IMG/VR virus record: IMGVR_UViG_3300027994_000002
Coordinates: 1-64,000 of that record
Length of the DNA stretch: 64,000 nt
Source: a virus
Direction: 5' to 3' (one strand)
The notes under the pieces are model-generated. The model searched no databases and was not told where the DNA came from. It saw only the letters and a program-made list of their open reading frames with translations. This document shows positions 17,766 through 27,900 of this stretch, one piece after another. Both the position numbers and the translations under genes were made by a program. The number at the start of each line of letters is the position of its first letter. Position 1 is the first letter of the stretch.

Positions 17766-19673
17766 ATGAGAAGCCAAAGCGTCACTAAAGGGCAACTTGA
17801 AAAGGGTAATTCGGGCTGGTTTGGCGGCGTCAACACCAACCGCAACCCCTGGATACTGGATGATTCCCAATATGCCTACGGCGTGAATACCGTTAACCGG
17901 GGCGGCATCGTCCAGTGCAGGCCCGGCTACAAGCTTGCGCTCACGCTTCCGCCGGGAAACCTCCAGGGGTTCGCCATCATGAATGTCAACAAACTGGATC
18001 GCAACGGCAATCCATTCATGAACGGCGATCAGTTCATTGTGTTCGCTGTTTCAGGTCTCGTTTACGCAGCCCCCTTCCCCCTGGTTCAGCCGGCACAAAT
18101 CACGGATTGGACGCAATTCCAGCTTCCAAACATTCGATTCACGGCAAACGCCAAACGGGTTTATTTTTGTGTGGCCCAAAAATCACTTTCCACGGTCGGC
18201 GGAGACCTCCGCCTCAATACAACTTACAACGTTCTCGTGATGCAGGACGGCATTCGCCCCTCGGCCTATTGGGACGGCCAATTCAACCTGCATTTGAATG
18301 AGGCGGGGCCGGATTATCAAACGCCAACCGGAACATGGATGGTCTACAGCGGCAATCGCCTTTGGGTGGCGCGAGATAATGTCCTGCTGCCCGGGGATTT
18401 ACTGGACCCCCTCACATTCAAGGAGCGCACCGTTGGATCCACGAGTGGTGACTTTTACCTGCCGGATACAATAACGGGATTGGCGAATACCGTTGGAGCC
18501 TCTTTTCAGTCTCAGCTTCTCGCTTTTACACAAGATCAGACTTTTGCCTTTTCTTCCTACATTACCGATCGAGAAACGTGGAGCTCGACGCCTAATTTTC
18601 AAACCATCTTGTACCCCTCCCTCGGGTGCGTTGCGGGCCTTTCCATTATCAGTCACGCGGGCCTTTTGTGGTGGTACTCCAAGGGCGGCCTCGTTAATTT
18701 CAACTCCGCGACAACATCCTACCTGACGAGCCGTATCAAGTATCAAGACAATGAAATGGTGGCCTGGACATCCGAGATGTACGAGGACAAGTCCGGCATT
18801 TGCTCCTGTTCGTTTGGAAGCTATCTCTGCATTTCCATTCCCTGCAAGGACATCTACAATTCCAAAACCATGGTGATGGATTACTCCATCGCGGACGAAC
18901 TCAACTCCATTGCCCCTCAGGCTTGGCAAGGTGTTTGGACGGGCATTCGACCCGTTAACTGGATTACCGCCCTCATCGAATCCACGGGGCAGTTTCTTTG
19001 TTTTGCCGCCAGCGTGGATTATCAGGCTCTCGGTGGATCCAATAATCACATCTGGGTTGCTTTTCAGGACGACCGCACGGACTCTTTTGAGTACCTCGAC
19101 GAAAGCAACGCAACGCTTATTTCTAGGAATCCAATCTATTGCTCCATGGAGACCAAGCTCATGGGAGATGGCCTCGACCTCAAACAATTCAAGTATGCTT
19201 ACGTCAACCTCATGGAGCTTTCCGGGGCCGTCAATTTCAAGATTTCCTATCGCGGCACGCGAGGCACCTACAAAACGCTCGTCAATAAACAGATTGTTGC
19301 CATCACTGAATCTTGGCAGACAACAAACACAGAAATCCAGGCCAAACTAGAAGACGGCGTCATTCTTGTGCCGCAAACCCGTCGCCTTGTGACAGCGGTG
19401 GCCGAATCAGATAACAAGGAGCTGGATAAATCGGTGGAGGCCCCCTACGACGAAAGCATCGACCGTTGCTTCAGCCTCTACTTTCAATGGTGTGGGCGGG
19501 CGGCGGTGGAGTCGTGCCTGATTGTCATGGAGCCCTTTACAGAGACTGCCACCGGAGAGGTCAATGAAAGCGAAAAGACAATGAACATTGTGACTCAAGA
19601 CGGCGAATCTCGAGCCTACAATGCCGGACAATTAAGAACAACAGTCAACACGCCGGACGAAAATGCCCTTTAA
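17766..19673 (+). CDS. hypothetical virion protein (635 aa)
   Basis: ATG directly follows the previous stop. The call rests on size and position in the structural block. Confidence 0.5.
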   Translation: MRSQSVTKGQLEKGNSGWFGGVNTNRNPWILDDSQYAYGVNTVNRGGIVQCRPGYKLALTLPPGNLQGFAIMNVNKLDRNGNPFMNGDQFIVFAVSGLVYAAPFPLVQPAQITDWTQFQLPNIRFTANAKRVYFCVAQKSLSTVGGDLRLNTTYNVLVMQDGIRPSAYWDGQFNLHLNEAGPDYQTPTGTWMVYSGNRLWVARDNVLLPGDLLDPLTFKERTVGSTSGDFYLPDTITGLANTVGASFQSQLLAFTQDQTFAFSSYITDRETWSSTPNFQTILYPSLGCVAGLSIISHAGLLWWYSKGGLVNFNSATTSYLTSRIKYQDNEMVAWTSEMYEDKSGICSCSFGSYLCISIPCKDIYNSKTMVMDYSIADELNSIAPQAWQGVWTGIRPVNWITALIESTGQFLCFAASVDYQALGGSNNHIWVAFQDDRTDSFEYLDESNATLISRNPIYCSMETKLMGDGLDLKQFKYAYVNLMELSGAVNFKISYRGTRGTYKTLVNKQIVAITESWQTTNTEIQAKLEDGVILVPQTRRLVTAVAESDNKELDKSVEAPYDESIDRCFSLYFQWCGRAAVESCLIVMEPFTETATGEVNESEKTMNIVTQDGESRAYNAGQLRTTVNTPDENAL

Positions 19674-20637
19674 TTTCAAGAACCTTCTTTTCAATCGGCC
19701 TTTTACGCCGAGGTTCCGGGATGTCTATTACTCCAGCATCCCGCCTATTTACCCGGCCGACAATACACCTAAAAAGTGCATCACTTGCCTGCCTTGCGCA
19801 ACAGACATCTACCCGCCCGTCGGCGTTCTTAATACAGGAGACCCCGGCTACGGCCCCGGCATTTACTTTGGGAATACGCCGCAAACCTTTACGGCCACTT
19901 GCCCTGAAGGTCTTGGAACTCCCGTGACAGTAGATGTTGCTGCGGACATTTTTTTTGCCCTCACAGTGGATGCCGCCAATCAAATCGCCCTGCAATACGC
20001 GACCGATAAAGCCCGCTCGCAACTTGTGTGCGCTGTTCCTGTTTTCAATTATTGTGGATCCCAAGAATGGCCGCAAGAATCCTCCGGGGTACCTTATTCT
20101 AATTCCGGCAACAACACGACTGGATTCATTAAACACGACGGGCCCGACACCTTGACGAGCAATGGCGTTGTTCTCAGTACGGGCGGCATCCCGTTTAGCG
20201 CGGACACTTTCTACACGATCCCAGTAGTTGTTACGGGTGATTTTACGGCAACATTCGAGATTTACCCGAATGGTTCTTTTGTGCCAATGGATTTTTATTG
20301 GGCCATATTGGACGTCGCGCTTCTTCGGGGAGCCAACATCGGCTACCAAGGAAACGTCTTCGGAGGACAAAAAGATTCTGTTTTTGGCACTTCCTGCGAT
20401 TATATTGCGGGCCTCGGTGGCATGATTCAAATCGCTATTGACGGACCCCAGGTCAACGATTTGGCCTGGAATACTTTTACGCTCAAGCGCGTCGGCACTT
20501 CCATGACAACCTACATCAATGGAGTCCAGGGGTTGACTTACGATTTTCAGGTCCTTTTTGGGTGCAGGCTTGGCTTTACCTGGGCCACTTCTTCTATGGT
20601 TTTACGTCTGCGCAACATCAGTGTGACCCAGCCATGA
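19663..20637 (+). CDS. hypothetical virion protein with LamG/concanavalin-like C-terminus
   Basis: The C-terminus WNTFTLKRVGTSMTTYINGVQG is typical of jelly-roll lectin-like domains. Overlaps the upstream gene by 11 nt. Confidence 0.5.
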   Translation: MPFNFKNLLFNRPFTPRFRDVYYSSIPPIYPADNTPKKCITCLPCATDIYPPVGVLNTGDPGYGPGIYFGNTPQTFTATCPEGLGTPVTVDVAADIFFALTVDAANQIALQYATDKARSQLVCAVPVFNYCGSQEWPQESSGVPYSNSGNNTTGFIKHDGPDTLTSNGVVLSTGGIPFSADTFYTIPVVVTGDFTATFEIYPNGSFVPMDFYWAILDVALLRGANIGYQGNVFGGQKDSVFGTSCDYIAGLGGMIQIAIDGPQVNDLAWNTFTLKRVGTSMTTYINGVQGLTYDFQVLFGCRLGFTWATSSMVLRLRNISVTQP

Positions 20638-21011
20638 AAATACCGATCATAACGTTCGAGGATTGCGACACGCCTGAGAAATTTGAGAAACTTAAGGCCT
20701 TCGCCCTCAACTTCGACCCGCCTCACGAGTTGCGTGAAACCAAACATCGCATTGTCATCGCCAAGAGGGACGGCATTTGGATTGGTTACGCGGAAGTGAT
20801 TACAACCCCCATCGTGTGCTCGGCCTGGTCCAAGGATGCCTGTAAGCCTCAGGACATTTGGGGTGCTATGATGGCCCTTGCGGGGTGGTCGCGCATGCAG
20901 CACGGGGAGGGCTACGTGATGGTTCCCTTGAACACCAAAACCTTCCCCGAGCACATCATGTCCAAGCTTGGTTTTTATCGAACAAATAGCGAGCTTTACA
21001 AAACCCTTTAA
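20634..21011 (+). CDS. small protein, possibly GNAT-like acetyltransferase
   Basis: ATGA overlap. Only the loose C-terminal motif ..MSKLGFYRT.. supports a GNAT call. Confidence 0.35.
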   Translation: MKIPIITFEDCDTPEKFEKLKAFALNFDPPHELRETKHRIVIAKRDGIWIGYAEVITTPIVCSAWSKDACKPQDIWGAMMALAGWSRMQHGEGYVMVPLNTKTFPEHIMSKLGFYRTNSELYKTL

Positions 21012-21031
21012 AAGGAACAGGATACCGCCCA

Positions 21032-21769
21032 ATGACACCGACCCCCGCCGCCTCTGCCGCCGTCCAGTATGCGCCAGCGCAAGCGGCGATTCAGAGCAAT
21101 TACAATTCCGCGCAGGCCCTCAACGCGCAAACGCCGCCGAAAACTTATGAGCCCGATCTGAATGAGCTCAACGATACCGCCGCCCTCCTTTCCCGCGCTC
21201 AAGTTCTCCAAAACAATCAGGCTCTAGCCTTGCGTTCTCCCGCCGCGTTTCAGGGCCAAGAACGTGCCATCGCCTCCTTAACAGGCGGGATAGAGGGTGA
21301 TGATCAATTTCTTCGCAATGCGGCCCTTCGCTCTGGACTCATTGGAGCCGCCAACCAAGGAACCGCCGGAATGGCGGGCGGTATTAGCCCGACCTCCGCC
21401 GGGGGCGTGACGGCAGAAAAGATTTACGGCAGTAAGCTCCTCGATTACCGCAACGCAAGAGACCAACAAGCATTGGGGGTCGCTCAGGCCTTACAACCCG
21501 ACGCCGCCCTTTCGCCTGCTTCTGGAATCGGATTGCAAGTTCAATCCCAACAGCAGGGCATCCAAAACCAAAACGATTGGCAGGCCTACCTCGCCAACTC
21601 CCGCCTTGGAAGCGTCAGTAATCTTCAGGGCCTGACGCAACAGGCTATGGGCCTGACGCAGGCCAACAACAACGCCAATGCCGCCGCTTCCAATGCCTCC
21701 AAGGGCCAACTTGCGGGGGCTGGCGCCTCTCTGGCTGCCGCTGGCATCGGAGCTGCCGTTATTCTTTAA
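21032..21769 (+). CDS. Q/A/N-rich low-complexity protein with Gly/Ala hydrophobic C-terminus (internal virion protein-like)
   Basis: Composition, and the C-terminal GAGASLAAAGIGAAVIL. Confidence 0.5.
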   Translation: MTPTPAASAAVQYAPAQAAIQSNYNSAQALNAQTPPKTYEPDLNELNDTAALLSRAQVLQNNQALALRSPAAFQGQERAIASLTGGIEGDDQFLRNAALRSGLIGAANQGTAGMAGGISPTSAGGVTAEKIYGSKLLDYRNARDQQALGVAQALQPDAALSPASGIGLQVQSQQQGIQNQNDWQAYLANSRLGSVSNLQGLTQQAMGLTQANNNANAAASNASKGQLAGAGASLAAAGIGAAVIL

Positions 21770-22587
21770 TGGACGCTCTCGCCAATGACCCCGTTCTGCA
21801 AGGCAAGATCAACTCGGCCGCACGAGTGATTGAAAAGTGCCTAGAGGTCTACAGAAAGCCCGCAATCCTATGCTCTTTTGGCAAGGATTCGCTTTTAATG
21901 CTCTACATGATTCGGAATTATTGTAGCGTGGATTTGCCTGTCGTTTTTTTCAAGCAACCGCACTTTGCCCGCAAGTTTGCCTTCGGGGATAAAATGGCCG
22001 CCGAACTTGAATTGGAGGTTCATTCCAATATCCCTCCCTTCGGCATCAGCTTGACCAGCAAAAACGGCAAGTCAGAATTGGTTCATCATTTTAGCCTGGG
22101 CAAGCAAACGCTAATGATGCCATTAGGCGTTCAGAGCATCGAAAGCAAAGCAAAGTGGCTGTGCGCGACGGAATCGTTGCTCTCAGGTCCATTTGGGACG
22201 TTTGGCTGGCCCTGGGACGTTGCTTTCTGCGGGCATAAAAGCTCCGACGTTGACCCCCTTCAGGGGCAGGTCCCGCTTTCCGTTGACATTCATCAAATTG
22301 AGGGCTCCTGCCACCTCGCCTACCCGCTGAGGCATTTTACAGATCAGGATGTCTGGCGGCTGACCAAAGCCTGGGATATTCCCGTCAATCGCTTGCGGTA
22401 CGGGAACGCGGATCAGCCTCAAGACGATACGGAGAATTATTTCAACGAAGACTATTTTCCTTATTGCATGAAATGTTGCGATCCCAATCAACCCGATTTT
22501 GTGACTTGCCCTAAAACGGGATTGGAGGTAACAAATATCCATCGCTCCATTCCTCAAATTGACCCCAAAAAAGCCTACTGCTCATGA
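21769..22587 (+). CDS. PAPS-reductase / PP-loop ATP-pyrophosphatase family protein
   Basis: PAILCSFGKDSLLMLYMI matches the SGGKDS PP-loop context of the PAPS_reduct family. A Cys-rich C-terminus is present (CMKCCD...CP). Confidence 0.7.
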   Translation: MDALANDPVLQGKINSAARVIEKCLEVYRKPAILCSFGKDSLLMLYMIRNYCSVDLPVVFFKQPHFARKFAFGDKMAAELELEVHSNIPPFGISLTSKNGKSELVHHFSLGKQTLMMPLGVQSIESKAKWLCATESLLSGPFGTFGWPWDVAFCGHKSSDVDPLQGQVPLSVDIHQIEGSCHLAYPLRHFTDQDVWRLTKAWDIPVNRLRYGNADQPQDDTENYFNEDYFPYCMKCCDPNQPDFVTCPKTGLEVTNIHRSIPQIDPKKAYCS

Positions 22588-23006
22588 ACCCAAAAGCACC
22601 CGATAATCGCGTTGACCTTGGCGCCCAGGCCCGGCAGGCCGAGCAGCAAAGAATTCAGCAGCAGCAGATGTGGCAAGCCGAACAAGAAGCCACGCGACAG
22701 GCGCAAATGGCCCAAGAACAGCAAGCCGCCGCCTCTGCTCTTCAATCCCAACAGCAGGCGACCGCGCAACAGGCGCAATTCGACGCCATCAACGCCGGGC
22801 AAGGTTCCGCAGCCAATGCAACAGGCGGGGCCTCCGGCATTAAGGCCGCAAACACCGCCTTGACCAATTCTGCGGGAATGAGCCCGGAGCAAATCAAGCT
22901 TCAGGCCGCCGGAATTGCCTCCGACCCTAATTCCATTCAGAACCTCGCGGCCCGCAAATCCCAAGGCGGACTCTTGAGCTCCAGTAACGTCAAGCTCGGT
23001 GGATAA
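22584..23006 (+). CDS. Q-rich coiled-coil protein ending in VKLGG (paralog A)
   Basis: MNPKAPDN...QQRIQQQQMWQAEQE...SSSNVKLGG-stop. ATGA overlap. Confidence 0.5.
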   Translation: MNPKAPDNRVDLGAQARQAEQQRIQQQQMWQAEQEATRQAQMAQEQQAAASALQSQQQATAQQAQFDAINAGQGSAANATGGASGIKAANTALTNSAGMSPEQIKLQAAGIASDPNSIQNLAARKSQGGLLSSSNVKLGG

Positions 23007-23033
23007 TGCAGCAAACGCCTATTTCCCAAAGCC

Positions 23034-23447
23034 ATGAATCCAGGAACACCTAAAGACAATTCCGGTCAGCTATACGCCCAGCAGGCCGCTCAACAGCAAG
23101 CCCTCCAGCAACAGCAATGGGTTCAAGAGCAACAGGCGGCTCGTGCCAACGAACAGGCCCAACTTGCTCAAAAGGCTCAAGAGCAAGCCGCCTTGGAAGC
23201 TTCCAATAAACTCGCGGAGCAAAAGGAAGCTCAGGAAAAACTTATCCAGCAACAGCAGCAGGCGGCGGCCACCGCAGCGACTCCTTACCTGAATTCAGGA
23301 ACAGCAACCGGCCTGAAGGCCATTAACGCCGCCCCAAACCTCGTTGGGGAGGCTCCAGTTGGAGGCTTGCCCGGTTTCAATGCCGTCGCCAATAAAGCCA
23401 AACAAGGCAACTCACTCGCCGCAACCAGTGTCAAGCTCGGAGGCTAA
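23034..23447 (+). CDS. Q-rich coiled-coil protein ending in VKLGG (paralog B)
   Basis: MNPGTPKDN...QQQALQQQQWVQEQQ...ATSVKLGG-stop. Same ends and composition as the 22584 gene. Confidence 0.5.
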   Translation: MNPGTPKDNSGQLYAQQAAQQQALQQQQWVQEQQAARANEQAQLAQKAQEQAALEASNKLAEQKEAQEKLIQQQQQAAATAATPYLNSGTATGLKAINAAPNLVGEAPVGGLPGFNAVANKAKQGNSLAATSVKLGG

Positions 23448-24950
23448 ATGGAAGTCCAAATCCAAAATCTTTCCAGGCCTTCCAATGGAATTCCCGCGAT
23501 TCTTCCGTTGGCCTATCTTGCGCCCGGGCAAATCGGGGGCCCTGATAGCGGCGTGGAGGCTTTTGGCGCGGGCATCAAAGAAGGCCAAGCTGTCGTTGCT
23601 CCACTTGCGGAAATGGGCAACTATTTGACGCAGTATTCTTCTCCAGAATCCGAAGCAAAAAGGAAAGCGGCGATTGCGCAGGCGGGCCTAGTGGAAACAA
23701 CCGCCGGACAGGAAAACGAGGCCGCAAAAGCCACCCCAGACTTGCCTTTGGCGCAACGCCAATTCCAAGGGGAGCAAATTGCCTCCGGCCGCACCCTGCT
23801 CCCGGCTCAGACCAATTTGGCGCTGGCTCGCATGGATTCTGAGGGCCGCATTCTTCCCGCGCAAACCGACTTAACCCTGGCAAAGATTGGCTCGGAAGCG
23901 CAATTACTGCCCGGGCAAACCGAGGCCAGTGCGGCGGCCAATAGAGCCGCTTTACTCAACGCCAACAACGTTCTCAGCACGACGCCCTCTTACGCGCCAA
24001 ATATGACGCAGGATGAAATCATGCGCAATGAGGCCGCGAAGAAAGGGGCCTTAAGCCAAGCGGGATTCCAGAGGGAAGTTGCCATTGCCTCCAATCCATT
24101 CCTCGCCTCCGATGGCATCACGGCACCGGAGGGCAAGTACGTTTCTAATGGGAAACTTTTGGAAGACACCGTGACTCAGCGGAACGTGCAGGGAGAAGAC
24201 GGGAAAATTTACATCCAGAACGTTTGGTCTCACTCCGGCAAGCCTGTCAGCTACCTGCAAGATCAACTTTCTGGAACCAACGCAACAATCGAAGCCGCAA
24301 ACGAGAGGCAGGGAAGAGGTATTGCCGCTCGCTCGCCGACGTACGGGGCCGAGGGGGCGCAAGTCACGCTCACGCCCGCTGAATCCACACAAACCAACAA
24401 GGCCATTCAAAATTTCAAAGGCCGAGGCGACGTTCAGGCGGTAGTCAAGATTACTCCTTTGGTGGATCGGGCGTTGTCTCAAATCAATGCTTCCAGGGAC
24501 GCCAAAACAGGTCTCGTTTCCGTGGACGCCATGCTTTCTGCCGCCCGCGCTTTCCGAGGCCAGGTCACAGATTCCGAAATGAAACAATTGAGCAATGCTG
24601 GAGGCTTGCAGCAAAACCTCTATCAGCTTTTCCATATTCTGGACGGTAAGAAATTTGACGAAAGAACAATGTCTGACCTGACGGCCTCTTTGTTGGCCGT
24701 GCGCAAAGAAGGCGATGAGTTTCTCAATAACCGCATCTTGCCCGATTTCAAGAAATCCCTGCCATTGAATGCTCGGCCTATTGCCGACGATCTTTTTGGT
24801 CAAGTGGCCTATCGCGACGCTTCTCACGGCGAGCAGGCAGCGCAACCCGGAGAGCCGCCGATCATCGCGGATAAAACCGCTTACGACGCGCTTCCCAAAG
24901 GAACTCCCTATCGGGCTTCCGACGGCCAACTCTACATCAAGGGTCAATAA
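23448..24950 (+). CDS. hypothetical internal/ejection-type protein (500 aa)
   Basis: Three tandem 18-aa repeats (LLPAQTNLALARMDSEGR / ILPAQTDLTLAKIGSEAQ / LLPGQTEASAAANRA) at about 23800-23940. Stop-start overlaps on both sides. Confidence 0.5.
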   Translation: MEVQIQNLSRPSNGIPAILPLAYLAPGQIGGPDSGVEAFGAGIKEGQAVVAPLAEMGNYLTQYSSPESEAKRKAAIAQAGLVETTAGQENEAAKATPDLPLAQRQFQGEQIASGRTLLPAQTNLALARMDSEGRILPAQTDLTLAKIGSEAQLLPGQTEASAAANRAALLNANNVLSTTPSYAPNMTQDEIMRNEAAKKGALSQAGFQREVAIASNPFLASDGITAPEGKYVSNGKLLEDTVTQRNVQGEDGKIYIQNVWSHSGKPVSYLQDQLSGTNATIEAANERQGRGIAARSPTYGAEGAQVTLTPAESTQTNKAIQNFKGRGDVQAVVKITPLVDRALSQINASRDAKTGLVSVDAMLSAARAFRGQVTDSEMKQLSNAGGLQQNLYQLFHILDGKKFDERTMSDLTASLLAVRKEGDEFLNNRILPDFKKSLPLNARPIADDLFGQVAYRDASHGEQAAQPGEPPIIADKTAYDALPKGTPYRASDGQLYIKGQ

Positions 24951-27900
24951 TGCCATCTCCTTTTGGCGACACCCCCATCTCCTCTCCAGGCGCAAGCCCT
25001 TTCGGCGATACGCCGCACGCGCCAGAGCAGCCAAAAGCTTCTCCTTTTGGAGACACGCCAACGGCACCCGATTCCCGCGAAATCAAAATCGCTCAAGCTG
25101 CAAACGACCCCACTTTTGATCCCGTTCAGGTTTATGCCTCGGTGGATCCCATGTCCGTGAGCCAGCAGCTCAACAATCCATCCCAAGACCCCGAAGAGCC
25201 TGTCTTCAAACAAGCAGCGGAAGAGTTCAATCGCATGATGGAAGTGAGGCAATTTGCCGCCGATGTCTTGAAGCATAAACTGGCCATGAAGGAAGCCAAT
25301 GCGCCCAAGACTTTACTGGGGAAGGTTGGAGAAAATGCGGCCTACGCGGGCGATGTTGCCCTCAATCTAGTGCCCCATAAAACTCCTGAAGGGGAATGGA
25401 GCTCAGGAGGTCTGCTCCACGGCGCAGAAGCGGTTGTCGACATGGTCGCGGCGGCTCCTGGGGCCGCAATCAATACGGTCGTTCAAGGCGCGGGCGACCT
25501 TGGCCTTATCGATAAAAATTCCCCCGCCTACCAAACCGCCGCCCTCAAGAATTACGCCTCAGGGGAAGGCGTTGCCAATTCCCTTTACAACCCCATCACA
25601 GGCCGAGCCGCAGGAAACATTCGGGCCGTCGGACAAGAGCTCGGCGATTGGCTTTCCGGAGGGCCTAAAACGGACGCCGAAATTCATCGCTATCTGGAAT
25701 CTCGAGTTGCCAACCTCCAAAGCCGAGCCAAAACAGAAGAGGCGATGACAGGAGCCTTGAAAGAAGTCGTTGGAGCGCCGGAGGATAGCCAACTCACAGA
25801 TGAATCGAGGGCCATTAAGGAATTTGCCCAAACCAATGCCGAGTTCGCCGTCGATCCCATGAACGTTGCCTTCCTTGGAGCCGGGAGAGCGATGACGGGA
25901 ATCGCTCGTGCCGCAACGCCTGCCATTCGGGCTGCCGCCGTTTCCCCTGTTGTTATTCAGGCCAAAAACCTCGCCGCACAAGCCGCTTCCAAGGGCGTTC
26001 AGGGATTCGGCAAAAGCATTAATACGGTCGGGAATATTGGCGCAAGTTCATTGGGCCAAGCCGCAACCAACATCGCTTTTGGCGCGCTCGCCGGTAAAGA
26101 GCTGGGCTCCGAGCTGGCGGGAGCTGCCGCTGGAGCAATCCTAGGAACCAAGGGGCACGGTATTGCGGGCCCCCTCTGGAATTCGGTCTCTCGAGCCGGG
26201 GGCGCGTTGGAAGGGCGCGGGGCCGAGCTTGCCCCTGATTTCATTGGCCCTGTTCGGCCACCGGGAACACCGGGGGCGTTGTCCAAAATCGCGGGCAACC
26301 CTCTGGCTAAAAATGCCCTCGCTGGAGCTATCTTCTCCCTGCCCTTCCTCGCCATTGCGCCTAATGCGGAAGAAGCTGCCAATACGCTTGGTATTGGGGC
26401 GGCCTTTGGAGTCCTCGGCGGCCTTTCTTCCAAGAATTACAATTACGGCCTGCGTCAGATGGGGCAGAAATACTTTGCGGAACTTGCTCCGGAAAGGTAC
26501 GGGATGCCAGCCGAAGTCAACGGAACTCCAGTCGATCTGGATGCCCTTCACGAACGGGCCATTAAGCAACTCACGCCCCAGCAGCAACTAGCCCTGCAGT
26601 CCATGCGCGGCTTTCTTCCTGGGGCTCAAATTTACGCCCTCAGCCCTCACGACCTAGGGCAAGTCGCTACGCAGGCCGGGCTACCGACGGCCTCCGGTAT
26701 TTACGATGCCCCTCAGATCACGACGCAGCTCAACATTGGGGGCAAGCCCCAAACCGTCATCCTGCTTAATGCCGGCCTCGCGGCCTTGAATCATGAAAGC
26801 GGGCATTTCATTTGGGATAACCTCACCCCCGAGCAGCAAGGTAAGCTCACCAATCAGGTTGCCCAAGTGGACCCCAAAATTCTTCAAGACGCCTATCTGA
26901 AGTACACGCTCGCCCACGCCAAGGCCTTTAATTTTCAAACCGCGCTGCCTAAAAACGCCCTGGCGATTGACGCCTCCGGAAATCCCGTGATAGATCCAAG
27001 CCTGAAGCCGGAGGAAAAAGCCGCCGTTCAGCAGGCGTTGGATTACTGGAATAGCCATCCTGATGGTCTTGTCAAAGAGTACATCGCAGAGAATTTCAAC
27101 GATCTTGCCAATCGCAAGGGCGGCGAAAAAGAATCCCTCGCCGGACATACGGGCAACAAAAGCCTCGCGCAAGAATTTGAGGACGCCTTCAACTCGGTGA
27201 AACAAAGACTCGGAGGCAAAGGCCGCGAATCTGCCCTTGGATTCCAGGTGGATACTAAACTGCAAGATCAAATGCGGGCTGTTTTGAAAGACCTTGCCGC
27301 ACAGCGCAAGCGGGAAGGCATTATAACTCCAAGCCAACCTCCCCCAAGTGCCCCAGGAGCTCCGATTCCGCCCGTAAGCTCCATTGCCCCGCCTCCAGCA
27401 GCAGGAGCGCCTATAGCGGCCCCAACGGCCTCCGCCTCCACGGCCGAACAAACCCGTGTTCAGGGCAATTTTGATGATGCCGCCAAAGCCGGAAAGACTC
27501 TCAAGCTTAACAAGGCGCAAATTCAACAGGGCCTTGAGTCTGCCAAGAGGGATGGCCTCACGGAAACGGAAGATATCGTCAAGCGGATGGTGAATCCCGG
27601 CTATTATCCCGACGGATCCAACATTCTCCCGGGCGGGCAAGTAGAGTCGGCCCTACCATTGGCCAATATCGAGGGCGCAATCGAGCAGGGTAAAGCGAAT
27701 GCCGCCGCTCTTTCTTCTCAGGCGCAAGGCAGGGATCCTAATTTTGACCCCAACGTTAACGAGGTGATCAAACCCCTAGCCAACGAAACCCTCGGCGCAA
27801 CGCCTGATCAAATCGAGGCCCTCAAAGCCAAAGGCTACACACAGGCCCAAATTGATGCCATGCAGCCAAGAGAGATCGAGGCCATTTTAGGCGGTCAACT

